Shown here one piece after another: positions 50,642 through 59,422 of a stretch of 64,000 nt of DNA (its first letter is position 1; each line of letters begins with the position of its first letter). The notes under the pieces were generated by a model that saw nothing but the letters and a program-made list of their open reading frames with translations, had not been told where the DNA came from and made no database searches. This DNA comes from an uncultured Candidatus Binatia bacterium (GTDB lineage Bacteria > Desulfobacterota > Binatia > UBA9968 > JAJDTQ01), in contig OZ243916.1 in NCBI GenBank assembly GCA_965213675.1, positions 1,696,001 through 1,760,000 on the forward strand, written 5' to 3'. Made by a program: the position numbers and the translations under genes.

Positions 50642-51730
50642 TCAGGGTTTGATGAGCGCCTTGGTCGGGAACAGCTCGGGCGCCTCGCCCCCCACCGCGC
50701 GGATGCACTGCTCGGTCTCGTCCAGGGTGAAGACGTGGCTCACCATCTGCTCCACGGGGAAGCCGGTGGTTTCCATGAGCCTGAGGGTGGCGTCGATGGC
50801 GTCGTTGTCGCCGGTATAGGCCCCCTGGACGCAGATCTCGCCCCAGACCAGCCTGTCCATGAGCATCGGGGTGAGCGTCTTGTCGCCCGTGAGTCCGCCG
50901 AGCACGAGCTTGCCCTGCCGCCGGAGACACTCCACGGAGGCGACGATGGCCGCCGGGTTGCCGGAGACATCCACCGCGACATCGCACATGGCGCCGCCGG
51001 TCTCTTCTCGAATGACATCGACGACATCCTCTTCCTCCACGTTGATGGTACGGTGCGCCCCGAAACGTTCGGCCACCTCCAGCCGGCTCTTGTCGCGCCC
51101 GATGCCGGTGACGAAGATGCGCGCGGCCCCGGCATGGCTCGCCGCGAAGGTACAGGCCAGCCCCTGCTGGCCCGGTCCCTGGATCAACACGTAGTCGCCC
51201 ATCTTGACTCCGCCGTGCCGTAGCGCCCACTGGAAGCCGTTGGCCATGACCGCTCCGACCAGGGCGGCGGCCTCCGGCGGAAGGTCTTCGCTGACGGGGG
51301 TCAGCAAGGCGCTGGGCGTGAGGTACACGTACTCGGCGAAGCCGCCGAAGAGATGGGGCGGTTCGGCGCAGGACATCCTCGAGCCGTAGGCCGCGCGCTG
51401 CTTGCAGAAGCGGTCGCCGCCGCGGCGGCAGTCCGGACAACGGCCGCAACCGAGGGAGCCCTTGATGATTACGCGATCCCCTTCCCGGACGCCATGTATC
51501 TGCGCCGCCCGGGCGCCGAGCCTCTCCACCCGGCCCAGGATTTCATGGCCGAGGATGATGGGTATCGGCAGGTTCAACTTGCCCGTGTAGTACTTGTAGT
51601 CGGTGCCGCACACGCCGCCCATCTCCACCTTCAGGAGGCCGCCGTCGGACGGGATGTCCGGCACCGGGTACTCGCGGACCTCCATCTTCCGGGGACCCAC
51701 CAGGGTCGCGGCTCGGCAGGTTTCGCTCAT
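50642..51730 (-). CDS. Zn-binding alcohol dehydrogenase (paralogue 2)
   Basis: CGTD, GHE, CGRCPDC...C structural Zn site, GPGQQG. Confidence 0.9.
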   Translation of the reverse strand: MSETCRAATLVGPRKMEVREYPVPDIPSDGGLLKVEMGGVCGTDYKYYTGKLNLPIPIILGHEILGRVERLGARAAQIHGVREGDRVIIKGSLGCGRCPDCRRGGDRFCKQRAAYGSRMSCAEPPHLFGGFAEYVYLTPSALLTPVSEDLPPEAAALVGAVMANGFQWALRHGGVKMGDYVLIQGPGQQGLACTFAASHAGAARIFVTGIGRDKSRLEVAERFGAHRTINVEEEDVVDVIREETGGAMCDVAVDVSGNPAAIVASVECLRRQGKLVLGGLTGDKTLTPMLMDRLVWGEICVQGAYTGDNDAIDATLRLMETTGFPVEQMVSHVFTLDETEQCIRAVGGEAPELFPTKALIKP

Positions 51731-51772
51731 GTGTCCTCTCCGTCAGGCCGCTGGCTTGCCCGCGCCCCCTCT

Positions 51773-51793
51773 TTCCCGCTTCCGCGGGAATGA
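51773..51793. repeat. Fragment of the REP/RPE-like repeat
   Basis: TTCCCGCTTCCGCGGGAATGA between the tandem dehydrogenases. Confidence 0.5.
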
Positions 51794-51836
51794 GGGCGGG
51801 CGCGGGGACGGTCGACCGGGCCTGTGATGACGGTAT

Positions 51837-52925
51837 TCAGGGCTGGATCAGCGCCTTGGTCGGGAACAGTTCGGGGATCTCGCCGCCCACGGCCTGGATG
51901 CATTTCTCCGTTTCCTCCAGCGGAAACACGTGACTCACCATCTCCTGCACCGGAAAGTGGGTGGCCTCCATGAGGCGAAGCGTGGCATCCACGGCGTCGT
52001 TGTCGCCAGTAAAACAACCCTGCAATTTGATCTCGCCCCATACAAGCTTGTCCATGTGCACCTCTGTGACGGTCGTGTCGCCGGTGAGGCCGGCCAGCAC
52101 CATGGTGCCCTGGCGCCGCAGGCAGTCGATGGAGGCCAGGATCGCCTTGGGGTTGCCCGACACGTCCACCACCACATCCACCATGGCGCCATCGGTCTCT
52201 TCCCGGATGACGTCCACCACGTTCTCCTCCTCGACATTGATGAGGCGGTCCGCGCCCCACTTCTTCGCCAGTTCCATCCGCGGCTTGTCGCGGCCGATGC
52301 CGGACACGAAGATCTTGGCCGCGCCGGCGTGCTTGGAGGCGAAGGTGCACGCCAGACCCTGTTGGCCGGGTCCCTGAATCAGCACGTAGTCGCCCATTTT
52401 GACGCCGCCGCGCCGCAGCGCCCACTGGAAGCCGTTGGCCATGACCGAGCCGATGAGAGCCGCGGCCTCCGCGGGAAGGTCGTCGCTGATGGGGGTCATC
52501 AGCACGTCCGGCGCAAGGTAGAGGTAGTCCGCGAAGCCGCCGAACAGGTACGGCGGGTTGGCCGAAGTGGTGCGGCCGCCATAGTTGGTGCGATTCCGGC
52601 AGAAGCGCTGCGCGTTGCGCCGGCAGTCGGCGCAACGGCCGCAGCCGATGGCGCCCTTGAGGATCACGCGGTCGCCTTCCTTGACCCGGTGGATCTTTTC
52701 GGCCTTGCTGCCGAGCTTGGCCACCCGACCGAGGATCTCGTGGCCCAGGATGATGGGCAGCGGCAGGTTGATGCGTCCGTGATAGTACTTGACGTCCGAA
52801 CCGCACACCCCGCCCATCTCCACCTTCAGCAGTCCGCCGTCATCGGGAATATCGGGTATGGGATACTCCCGGATCTCGAGTTCGTTCGGGGCGAGCAGGG
52901 TTGCCGCTCTGCTGGTCTCCGCCAT
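51837..52925 (-). CDS. Zn-binding alcohol dehydrogenase (paralogue 1)
   Basis: CGSD, GHE, CGRCADC...C, GPGQQG; same length (362 aa) as and collinear with 50642-51730. Confidence 0.9.
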   Translation of the reverse strand: MAETSRAATLLAPNELEIREYPIPDIPDDGGLLKVEMGGVCGSDVKYYHGRINLPLPIILGHEILGRVAKLGSKAEKIHRVKEGDRVILKGAIGCGRCADCRRNAQRFCRNRTNYGGRTTSANPPYLFGGFADYLYLAPDVLMTPISDDLPAEAAALIGSVMANGFQWALRRGGVKMGDYVLIQGPGQQGLACTFASKHAGAAKIFVSGIGRDKPRMELAKKWGADRLINVEEENVVDVIREETDGAMVDVVVDVSGNPKAILASIDCLRRQGTMVLAGLTGDTTVTEVHMDKLVWGEIKLQGCFTGDNDAVDATLRLMEATHFPVQEMVSHVFPLEETEKCIQAVGGEIPELFPTKALIQP

Positions 52926-52953
52926 CGTGCACCTCCTTGTCGAGCGTTGACGC

Positions 52954-54309
52954 TCAGCCGATGTAGTCGTCCAGCCGCACCCGTTGGCGCACCGCGCCGG
53001 GAACGGCCAGCCGCTTGGGAAAGTCCTTTCGCTTCTTGGTGGCGTCGATGACCATCTTGGCGGTCATGCCCCCTTCCCCGCTGGAAGGGTCGGTCTCGGA
53101 ACCTTGGCAACGAGGGATGACGAGGGTGTCGGTGTCGGCCTGCACGCGGTTGGCCACCGCCCACATCACGTCGCGGTCGTTGTACACATCCACGTCGCCA
53201 TCGACGACGATGACGAGCTTGAGATACAGATCCGTGGCCATGGCTGCCATCACCGCGTTGCGCACCTCGCCGTCGCTGCGCTTGTCCAGGGCGATGTAGC
53301 AGTGGAAGCGGCAACAGCCCGACGGCGGCATGTGCACGGCGCGGGTGCCCGCGGCCACCGCCTTCACCGCCCGGAAGATCGCGGCCTCGCGCGGGATGGA
53401 ACCCATCAGGCGCTGCTCCGAGTGTCCCGTGAAGATGTCCTGGTAGAGCGGCTGCTGGCGCAGGGCGATGCCGGTGATCTCGGCCACGTGGTTGCGGCGC
53501 ACCCCCACCGCATGGCCGGTGAACTCGCCGAACGGCCCCTCCTCCTCGCGCACGTCGGGCAGGATGCGCCCCTCCAGCACCATCTCCGCGTGAGCCGGGA
53601 CATCCAGGGGCACGGTCTCACACGACACCAGCGGCACCGGATGCTCCATCATGCCGCCGATGACATCGTACTCGTCCACGTCGAAGGACGCCAGCGACAG
53701 CGCGCCGATGGCGAAGGCCGGATGCACGCCGATGATGAAGGCGATGTCCAGTGGCTCGCCCCGCTCCTCGGCGTTGCGCTGGCAGCGGCGCAGGTGCATG
53801 CCCGGGGCGAGGTGCAGGCGCAGGCGGTTCCGCTCGACCATCATGGCGCGGTTGAAGCTCAGGTTGCGCACCCCGCTCACGGGATCCCTGGCCACCACGA
53901 TGCCCGCGGTGACGTAGGGCGCGGTGCTGATGTCGAAATGGGTCAGCAGCGGGATCTCGCCCAGATCGACGTCCGCCCCGGCGCGCACCACTTCCTTCAC
54001 CGGACCGTCCGCCACCAGCTCCGGCGGGATCGGACTGGCTTCGCGCCGGCGGTACTCTTCCACCAGGTCGGCGGCGTCCACGTCCAGAGCCATGGCCAGG
54101 CGCCGGCGGGTGGCGTGCAGGTTGGTGATGACGGGCATGGAGAAGCCCTCGACCTCGTGCACATACAGCGCCGGGAACCGGCCCGATGACTCCAATTCCA
54201 TGAGCAGGCTGGTGACGTCGTGCTCCGGCCGCACGGGCTTGCGGATGTGCAGCAGTTCGTCAGGGCCTTCCCCTTCCAGCCGGTCCATGAACGACCGCAG
54301 GTCCTTCAT
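52954..54309 (-). CDS. UbiD family (prFMN-dependent) decarboxylase
   Basis: RNLSFNR, VPAHAEMVLEG, EGPFGEFTGH, VDGDVDV, KMVIDATK. Confidence 0.92.
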   Translation of the reverse strand: MKDLRSFMDRLEGEGPDELLHIRKPVRPEHDVTSLLMELESSGRFPALYVHEVEGFSMPVITNLHATRRRLAMALDVDAADLVEEYRRREASPIPPELVADGPVKEVVRAGADVDLGEIPLLTHFDISTAPYVTAGIVVARDPVSGVRNLSFNRAMMVERNRLRLHLAPGMHLRRCQRNAEERGEPLDIAFIIGVHPAFAIGALSLASFDVDEYDVIGGMMEHPVPLVSCETVPLDVPAHAEMVLEGRILPDVREEEGPFGEFTGHAVGVRRNHVAEITGIALRQQPLYQDIFTGHSEQRLMGSIPREAAIFRAVKAVAAGTRAVHMPPSGCCRFHCYIALDKRSDGEVRNAVMAAMATDLYLKLVIVVDGDVDVYNDRDVMWAVANRVQADTDTLVIPRCQGSETDPSSGEGGMTAKMVIDATKKRKDFPKRLAVPGAVRQRVRLDDYIG

Positions 54310-54384
54310 ACGTGGTCTCCGTTGTCGCGGCGGCGCGGTCCGCGCGCGACGCCGTTCAGTCCGTGCCGTGGCCGCGTCACGATG

Positions 54385-55401
54385 TCAGTTCGATCCGAAC
54401 AAGCGCTCGGCGTTGCCGCCGAGGATCTTTTCCTTGTCCGCCGGCTCCAGGCGAATCTTGTCGATGATCTCCAGCGGCCTCGGGTCGCCGATGCCGAAGG
54501 GGCAGTCGCTGCCCAACAGCACGTGGTCGGCGCCCGCCTCGGCGATCAGGAACGCCAGCACGTCGGGCTCGAACACGATGGTATCGTAGTAGAACCATCG
54601 CAGCACGTCGCGGCCCATGAGCGCGGTGGCCTTCTGGATTTCCGGTTGGATCTCGCGGCCCCGGGTCATGCGCCCGAACTGGTACGGCAGGAAGCCGCCG
54701 CCGTGGCAAAGGATGATCTTGAGGTCCGGGAAGCGGTCGAGCACGCCACTGAAGTAGAGACAGGCCACGCTCACCGTGGTATCGGCCAGGAGGCCCACCA
54801 CGTGGGTGAGGAAATACTTGCCCAGACGCTCGATGCCCAACGGATTCAGCGGGTGGATGATGAGCGGCACGCGCAGGCGCTCGGCGGTCTTCCAGAATGG
54901 ATCCAGCCCCGGGTCATCCAGGTTCGCGCCGTCGATGTTGGAGCCGATCATGGCGCCCGTGAGACCGCACTCGGTGACCGCGAACTCGAGCTCCTCGGCG
55001 GCGCGGGCGCCGTCCTGGAGAGGCACGGTGGCGGTGCCGCGAAACAGGCCGTCCGGGTCTCCGTCGGCCAAGGCCTCGCGCATGGACTCGTTCAGCATGC
55101 GGCTCCATTGGACCGCCTTGTCCACCGGAAGCATATAGCCCACGATGTCCATCCACGCCGACAGGATCTGCCGGTCCAGGCGCGTTTCCCGCACGGTGTC
55201 GATGCGCCTGGGCAGGTCGGTGGCGGGCGCCAGGATGGGACGGGCCAGTGGCCGGCCCTCGCCCAGCCGCAGGCGCGGCCCCTGCGGCGTCTCCTCCCCC
55301 ACCTCCACCCCGAAGGACGAACCGTCCTTGCGCAAACGCTCCAGCGCGGCCGGCGGTACATAGTGAGCGTGACAGTCGATGTTCATGGTGTGCAACCTCA
55401 A
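54385..55401 (-). CDS. Amidohydrolase_2 family (ACMSD-like decarboxylase/hydratase)
   Basis: DCHAH, IIHP, CHGGGFLP, YYDT, LGSDCPF, GGNAERLF. Confidence 0.88.
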   Translation of the reverse strand: MRLHTMNIDCHAHYVPPAALERLRKDGSSFGVEVGEETPQGPRLRLGEGRPLARPILAPATDLPRRIDTVRETRLDRQILSAWMDIVGYMLPVDKAVQWSRMLNESMREALADGDPDGLFRGTATVPLQDGARAAEELEFAVTECGLTGAMIGSNIDGANLDDPGLDPFWKTAERLRVPLIIHPLNPLGIERLGKYFLTHVVGLLADTTVSVACLYFSGVLDRFPDLKIILCHGGGFLPYQFGRMTRGREIQPEIQKATALMGRDVLRWFYYDTIVFEPDVLAFLIAEAGADHVLLGSDCPFGIGDPRPLEIIDKIRLEPADKEKILGGNAERLFGSN

Positions 55402-55891
55402 TGATGTCCGACCGGCTTCGAGAGAAGCCGCAACGCGGACGATCGCTCCTTCAGAAAATCAGTCCAGGTCCGGGATGCTCGGCCACGAAGTGCTTCCTCC
55501 TCCAACGCGAAAAACCGAATATCTCCGTTTGCACCCGCTGCGTCAACCGCGCGCACCGCATGGCAAACCAACCGCCCCGCTCCGCCCCGGGTCCCCGGCT
55601 CTCGCGGGAATCCTTCACGCCGGTCTGCCGTCCACGCAAGGGGTCGGCGGTACGGGCCAGGACAGCCAACTCCGAGTTGCGGCAGGCACGGGTATTGGCT
55701 ACGTTCGAAAGCGAAAACACGGACACGCGTCTTCCGCCGGACGGGAGGTCCGGACACGTGAAGATCGGAATCGGGTTGCCATTCAACACCCCCAGCGATA
55801 GTTGGCCGGCCATCTTGCGTCGGACCCGTACGAGCGCCTGACCGACGTGGTGGTCCAGTGTAACCCGTTGCAACCCGTATCAGGAGCAGTG

Positions 55892-56800
55892 ATGGCAGCA
55901 AGCGGACTCGTCCCCCAAGGACATGGGGTTTTTCTGGACCACGTGGGCCTCTTCGTTCCCGACTTCGACGCTTCCCCGCGCCGGCTCGAGGCGCTGGGTT
56001 TTTCCCTGACGCCTTTCGTGGCGCACATGGCAAGCACCGAACCGGGCGCGGCGGCGACGCCCAGCGGCACTGGCAACCAGTGCGCCATCTTCCGCCAGGG
56101 GTACCTGGAAATGCTTGGCCCCACCGCGGACACGCCGCTGTCGCGCCAACTTCGCGCCCAGCTCGACCGCTATCCCGGTTGGCACCTGATCGCGTTCGCC
56201 GCCAACCATCCCGAGGAAAACCACGAGCGCATCGGGCGGGACGGTTTTCGTCCGCTGCCGCTGGTGCGCCTGGCGCGTCCCGTGCCCACGGACATCGGCG
56301 AGGAGACTTGCCGCTTCTCGGTCATTCGGGTGCCGCCGGAGGTCATGCCCGAGGGACGCATCCAGATCGTCACCCACCACACCCCGGAGCTGGTGTGGCA
56401 GCCTCGCTACCAGCACCAGCCCAACGGCGTGGTGGGGTTGACGGGGGTGCTGGTGTGCGTGGACGACCCGCGGGCGACGGCCGAGCGCTTCTGCCGCTTC
56501 GCGGGTGTCCAGGCGCTGGAAGGCGCAGGCACGTGGGAGATGGGGCTCCAGGAAGGGCGCGTCTCGTTCATCGACGGCGGGCGCTTCCGCCAGCGGTACC
56601 CCGGCCGCGACCTCCCGTGCATGCCGTACATCGCGGAGGTGTCCATGCGCACGGACGATCTGGCGGCCACGCGGCGTTACTTCGATCAGGCCGGCATCCA
56701 TTACCAGACCGTGGGCCACGACGCCGTGCGGGTACCCGGAGCCGAGGCCCTGGGCGCGTCCTTTCTTTTCCATGAGTCGCCTGCGGGAGGCCTTCCTTGA
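55892..56800 (+). CDS. VOC / glyoxalase-like domain protein
   Basis: [34 protein letters not shown]; RBS AGGAG. Confidence 0.8.
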   Translation: MAASGLVPQGHGVFLDHVGLFVPDFDASPRRLEALGFSLTPFVAHMASTEPGAAATPSGTGNQCAIFRQGYLEMLGPTADTPLSRQLRAQLDRYPGWHLIAFAANHPEENHERIGRDGFRPLPLVRLARPVPTDIGEETCRFSVIRVPPEVMPEGRIQIVTHHTPELVWQPRYQHQPNGVVGLTGVLVCVDDPRATAERFCRFAGVQALEGAGTWEMGLQEGRVSFIDGGRFRQRYPGRDLPCMPYIAEVSMRTDDLAATRRYFDQAGIHYQTVGHDAVRVPGAEALGASFLFHESPAGGLP

Positions 56801-58164
56801 TGGCGGACGCACGCTACGATTACGATCTCTTCACCATCGGCGCGGGCTCGGGGGGCGTGCGCGCCAGCCGCATGGCGGCCGGCTACGGCGCCCGGGTGGC
56901 GGTGGCGGAAGAACGCTACCTGGGAGGCACGTGCGTCAACGTCGGCTGCATCCCCAAGAAGCTCCTGGTCTACGGCTCCCACTTTGCCGACGACTTCGAG
57001 GACGCCGCGGGCTTCGGCTGGAGCGTGGGCGAACGCAGCTTCGACTGGCCGGCGCTGATCCGCAACAAGGACCAGGAGATCGCGCGCCTCAACTCCGTCT
57101 ACCGCAACCTGCTGCAGAACAGCGGCGTCGAGGTGTTCGAGTCGCGCGCGCGGGTGCTGGACGCGCACACCGTGGAGGTGGCCGGACGCAAGATCACGGC
57201 CACCCACATCCTCGTGGCCACCGGCGGCTGGCCCACCGTCCCCGACGTGCCCGGCAAGGAACACGCCATCACCTCCAACGAGGCGTTTCACCTGCCGGAG
57301 ATGCCCCGGCGCATCGTCATCGTGGGCGGCGGCTACATCGCGGTGGAATTCGCCGGCATCTTCCACGGGCTGGGCGTCGAGGTCATCCAGCTCTACCGCG
57401 GAGCGCTGTTCATGCGCGGCTTCGACATCGACGTGCGCAAGACCCTGGCTGGCGAGATGCGCAAGAAGGGCATCGACCTGCGCTTCGAAGCCGATATCGC
57501 CGCCATTGAACGGAACGGCGGAACGCTGGCGGCGACCTTGAAGGACGGCCAGACCCTCGCCACCGACGCGGTCATGTTCGCTACCGGCCGACTGCCGAAT
57601 ACACGCGGATTGGGGTTGGAGGCGGCCGGCGTGGAGTTGGCGCGCAACGGCGCGGTGGTAGTGAACGAGGACTATCAGACGAGCCTCCCCTCCATCCACG
57701 CCCTGGGCGACGTCACGGATCGGGTCCTGCTCACGCCGGTGGCCATCGCCGAGGCCATGATCTTGTCCCGGAAGCTGTTCAAGGGCGACGCCGGCGCCAT
57801 GGACTACCGGAACATTCCCTCCGCGGTCTTCAGCCAGCCGCCCGTAGGCACGGTGGGATGCACCGAGGAGGCCGCGCGCCAGCGCTACGGTGAACTGGAC
57901 ATCTACCGTTCCGCCTTCCGGCCCCTCAAGCACACCCTTTCCGGGCGCGATGAGAAGACCATGATGAAGCTCGTGGTCGAGCGCGCCAGCGACCGGGTGG
58001 TGGGCTGCCACATGGTAGGCGCCGACGCCGGCGAGATCATTCAGGGACTGGCCGTGGCCCTCACCTGCAACGCCACCAAGGCCGACTTCGACCGCACCAT
58101 CGGCATTCACCCCACCGCCGCGGAAGAGTTCGTCACCATGCGCGAGCCGGTGGCGGACGGGTAA
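56800..58164 (+). CDS. gorA: Glutathione-disulfide reductase
   Basis: [44 protein letters not shown]. Confidence 0.95.
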   Translation: MADARYDYDLFTIGAGSGGVRASRMAAGYGARVAVAEERYLGGTCVNVGCIPKKLLVYGSHFADDFEDAAGFGWSVGERSFDWPALIRNKDQEIARLNSVYRNLLQNSGVEVFESRARVLDAHTVEVAGRKITATHILVATGGWPTVPDVPGKEHAITSNEAFHLPEMPRRIVIVGGGYIAVEFAGIFHGLGVEVIQLYRGALFMRGFDIDVRKTLAGEMRKKGIDLRFEADIAAIERNGGTLAATLKDGQTLATDAVMFATGRLPNTRGLGLEAAGVELARNGAVVVNEDYQTSLPSIHALGDVTDRVLLTPVAIAEAMILSRKLFKGDAGAMDYRNIPSAVFSQPPVGTVGCTEEAARQRYGELDIYRSAFRPLKHTLSGRDEKTMMKLVVERASDRVVGCHMVGADAGEIIQGLAVALTCNATKADFDRTIGIHPTAAEEFVTMREPVADG

Positions 58165-58249
58165 CCTCGCCCCGGGCGATTGCGGTCGAATCACCGTCCC
58201 CCGCTTTCGCGTTACGGGACACGACACGAGTTTGTGGAAAGCAACGAAG

Positions 58250-58591
58250 ATGCGGCGAATTGTCTTGACGTTGGCGGTGTTTGCCGCGCTGGCGTTGACC
58301 AGCGCGTGCGGCAAGGATGAAGGAACCGAGGAAGTGAAGGGACCGGACCCGGCCCGAGGGAGGCGGATTTACATCGCGACCTGCATCTTGTGCCACAATG
58401 TCGATCCGAGCAAACCCGGCTCCCAGGGTCCGGCCGTCAAGGGTTCGTCAGTGGAGCTGCTGGAGGCCAAGGTCCTGCGTAAGACCTATCCGCCGGGCTA
58501 CAAGCCCCAACGAACCACCCGCGCCATGCCCACCTACCCTCAGGTAAGGAAGAGAATTCCCGATATCGCTGCCTTTCTGGCGCAGCCGTAA
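58250..58591 (+). CDS. Monoheme c-type cytochrome lipoprotein
   Basis: Lipobox TSAC, CILCH heme motif, GP loop, distal RAMP Met. Confidence 0.85.
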   Translation: MRRIVLTLAVFAALALTSACGKDEGTEEVKGPDPARGRRIYIATCILCHNVDPSKPGSQGPAVKGSSVELLEAKVLRKTYPPGYKPQRTTRAMPTYPQVRKRIPDIAAFLAQP

Positions 58592-58595
58592 TCGC

Positions 58596-59294
58596 CTACG
58601 CGATCTCCAGTAGGATCCAGAAAATCACGGTGAGGATGAAGCCGCTCCAGAGCACGCCCGGGATCGACGTGAGGAGCTTCTTGGTGCCTCCCCCGGCATC
58701 GCCCACCAGCGCGTTCAACTCGACGACGGCGATGATCGCAAGGCTGACGATCCAGAAGACTGCGGCGCCGCCGCCGGTTTCCCCGTGCGGATAGTGGCTC
58801 GCCGCACCCATCAGGAACAGCATGGGGATGGAGAACAGGGTGTTGGTGCGCGAAGCAAACCCGGCCCACTGGCCCTTGCTGGCCGCGTCCGGAAGCGCCG
58901 ATCCTCCTCCGGCCACCTGGTTGGCGGAGGCGATGACCACCTGCTGGTTGGGCCAGATCACCAGCCACACGTTGAGGAACATGAGCGTGCCCATGGTGCC
59001 GCCGATGGTGATGGTCATGCCGTAACCCGACGAGAAGAAGTCCCCCCCGAGCTGCGCCCATTTGATGATGTACATGAGGATACCTGCCAGAAACGTGAAC
59101 ATGGCGCCCCAGCGGAACCACCAGAGAGCGCGCGGCACGAGCTTCTGGATGGCGCCGGTGCGGGTCGAAGCCTCGGTCTCGGCGAAGAACGGTGTCTGTA
59201 CGAAGTTGAAATAGTAGAGCAGGCCGATCCAGGTCACACCCGCCAGGAAATGCACCCAGCGCAGCAGAAATTGAACGAGCTCCATCGTGTCCAT
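58596..59294 (-). CDS. Urate hydroxylase PuuD-like membrane protein (Urate_ox_N only, no fused cytochrome)
   Basis: LRWVHFLAGVTWIGLLYYFNFVQ, ALWWFRWGA, MFLNVWLVIWPNQ, SRTNTLFSIPMLFLMGAASH. Confidence 0.8.
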   Translation of the reverse strand: MDTMELVQFLLRWVHFLAGVTWIGLLYYFNFVQTPFFAETEASTRTGAIQKLVPRALWWFRWGAMFTFLAGILMYIIKWAQLGGDFFSSGYGMTITIGGTMGTLMFLNVWLVIWPNQQVVIASANQVAGGGSALPDAASKGQWAGFASRTNTLFSIPMLFLMGAASHYPHGETGGGAAVFWIVSLAIIAVVELNALVGDAGGGTKKLLTSIPGVLWSGFILTVIFWILLEIA

Positions 59295-59422
59295 CAAGCG
59301 CCTCCTGTTTGCTGGTTCTCGCTACCGCTTCTCGGAAGAATAATCAGTTCTCAGTATAGGCTCTAATGGGCCGGACCGTCAACGAAAAGAGCCCGAGGCT
59401 CGCCGCGCGTTCCCCGTTCCAG

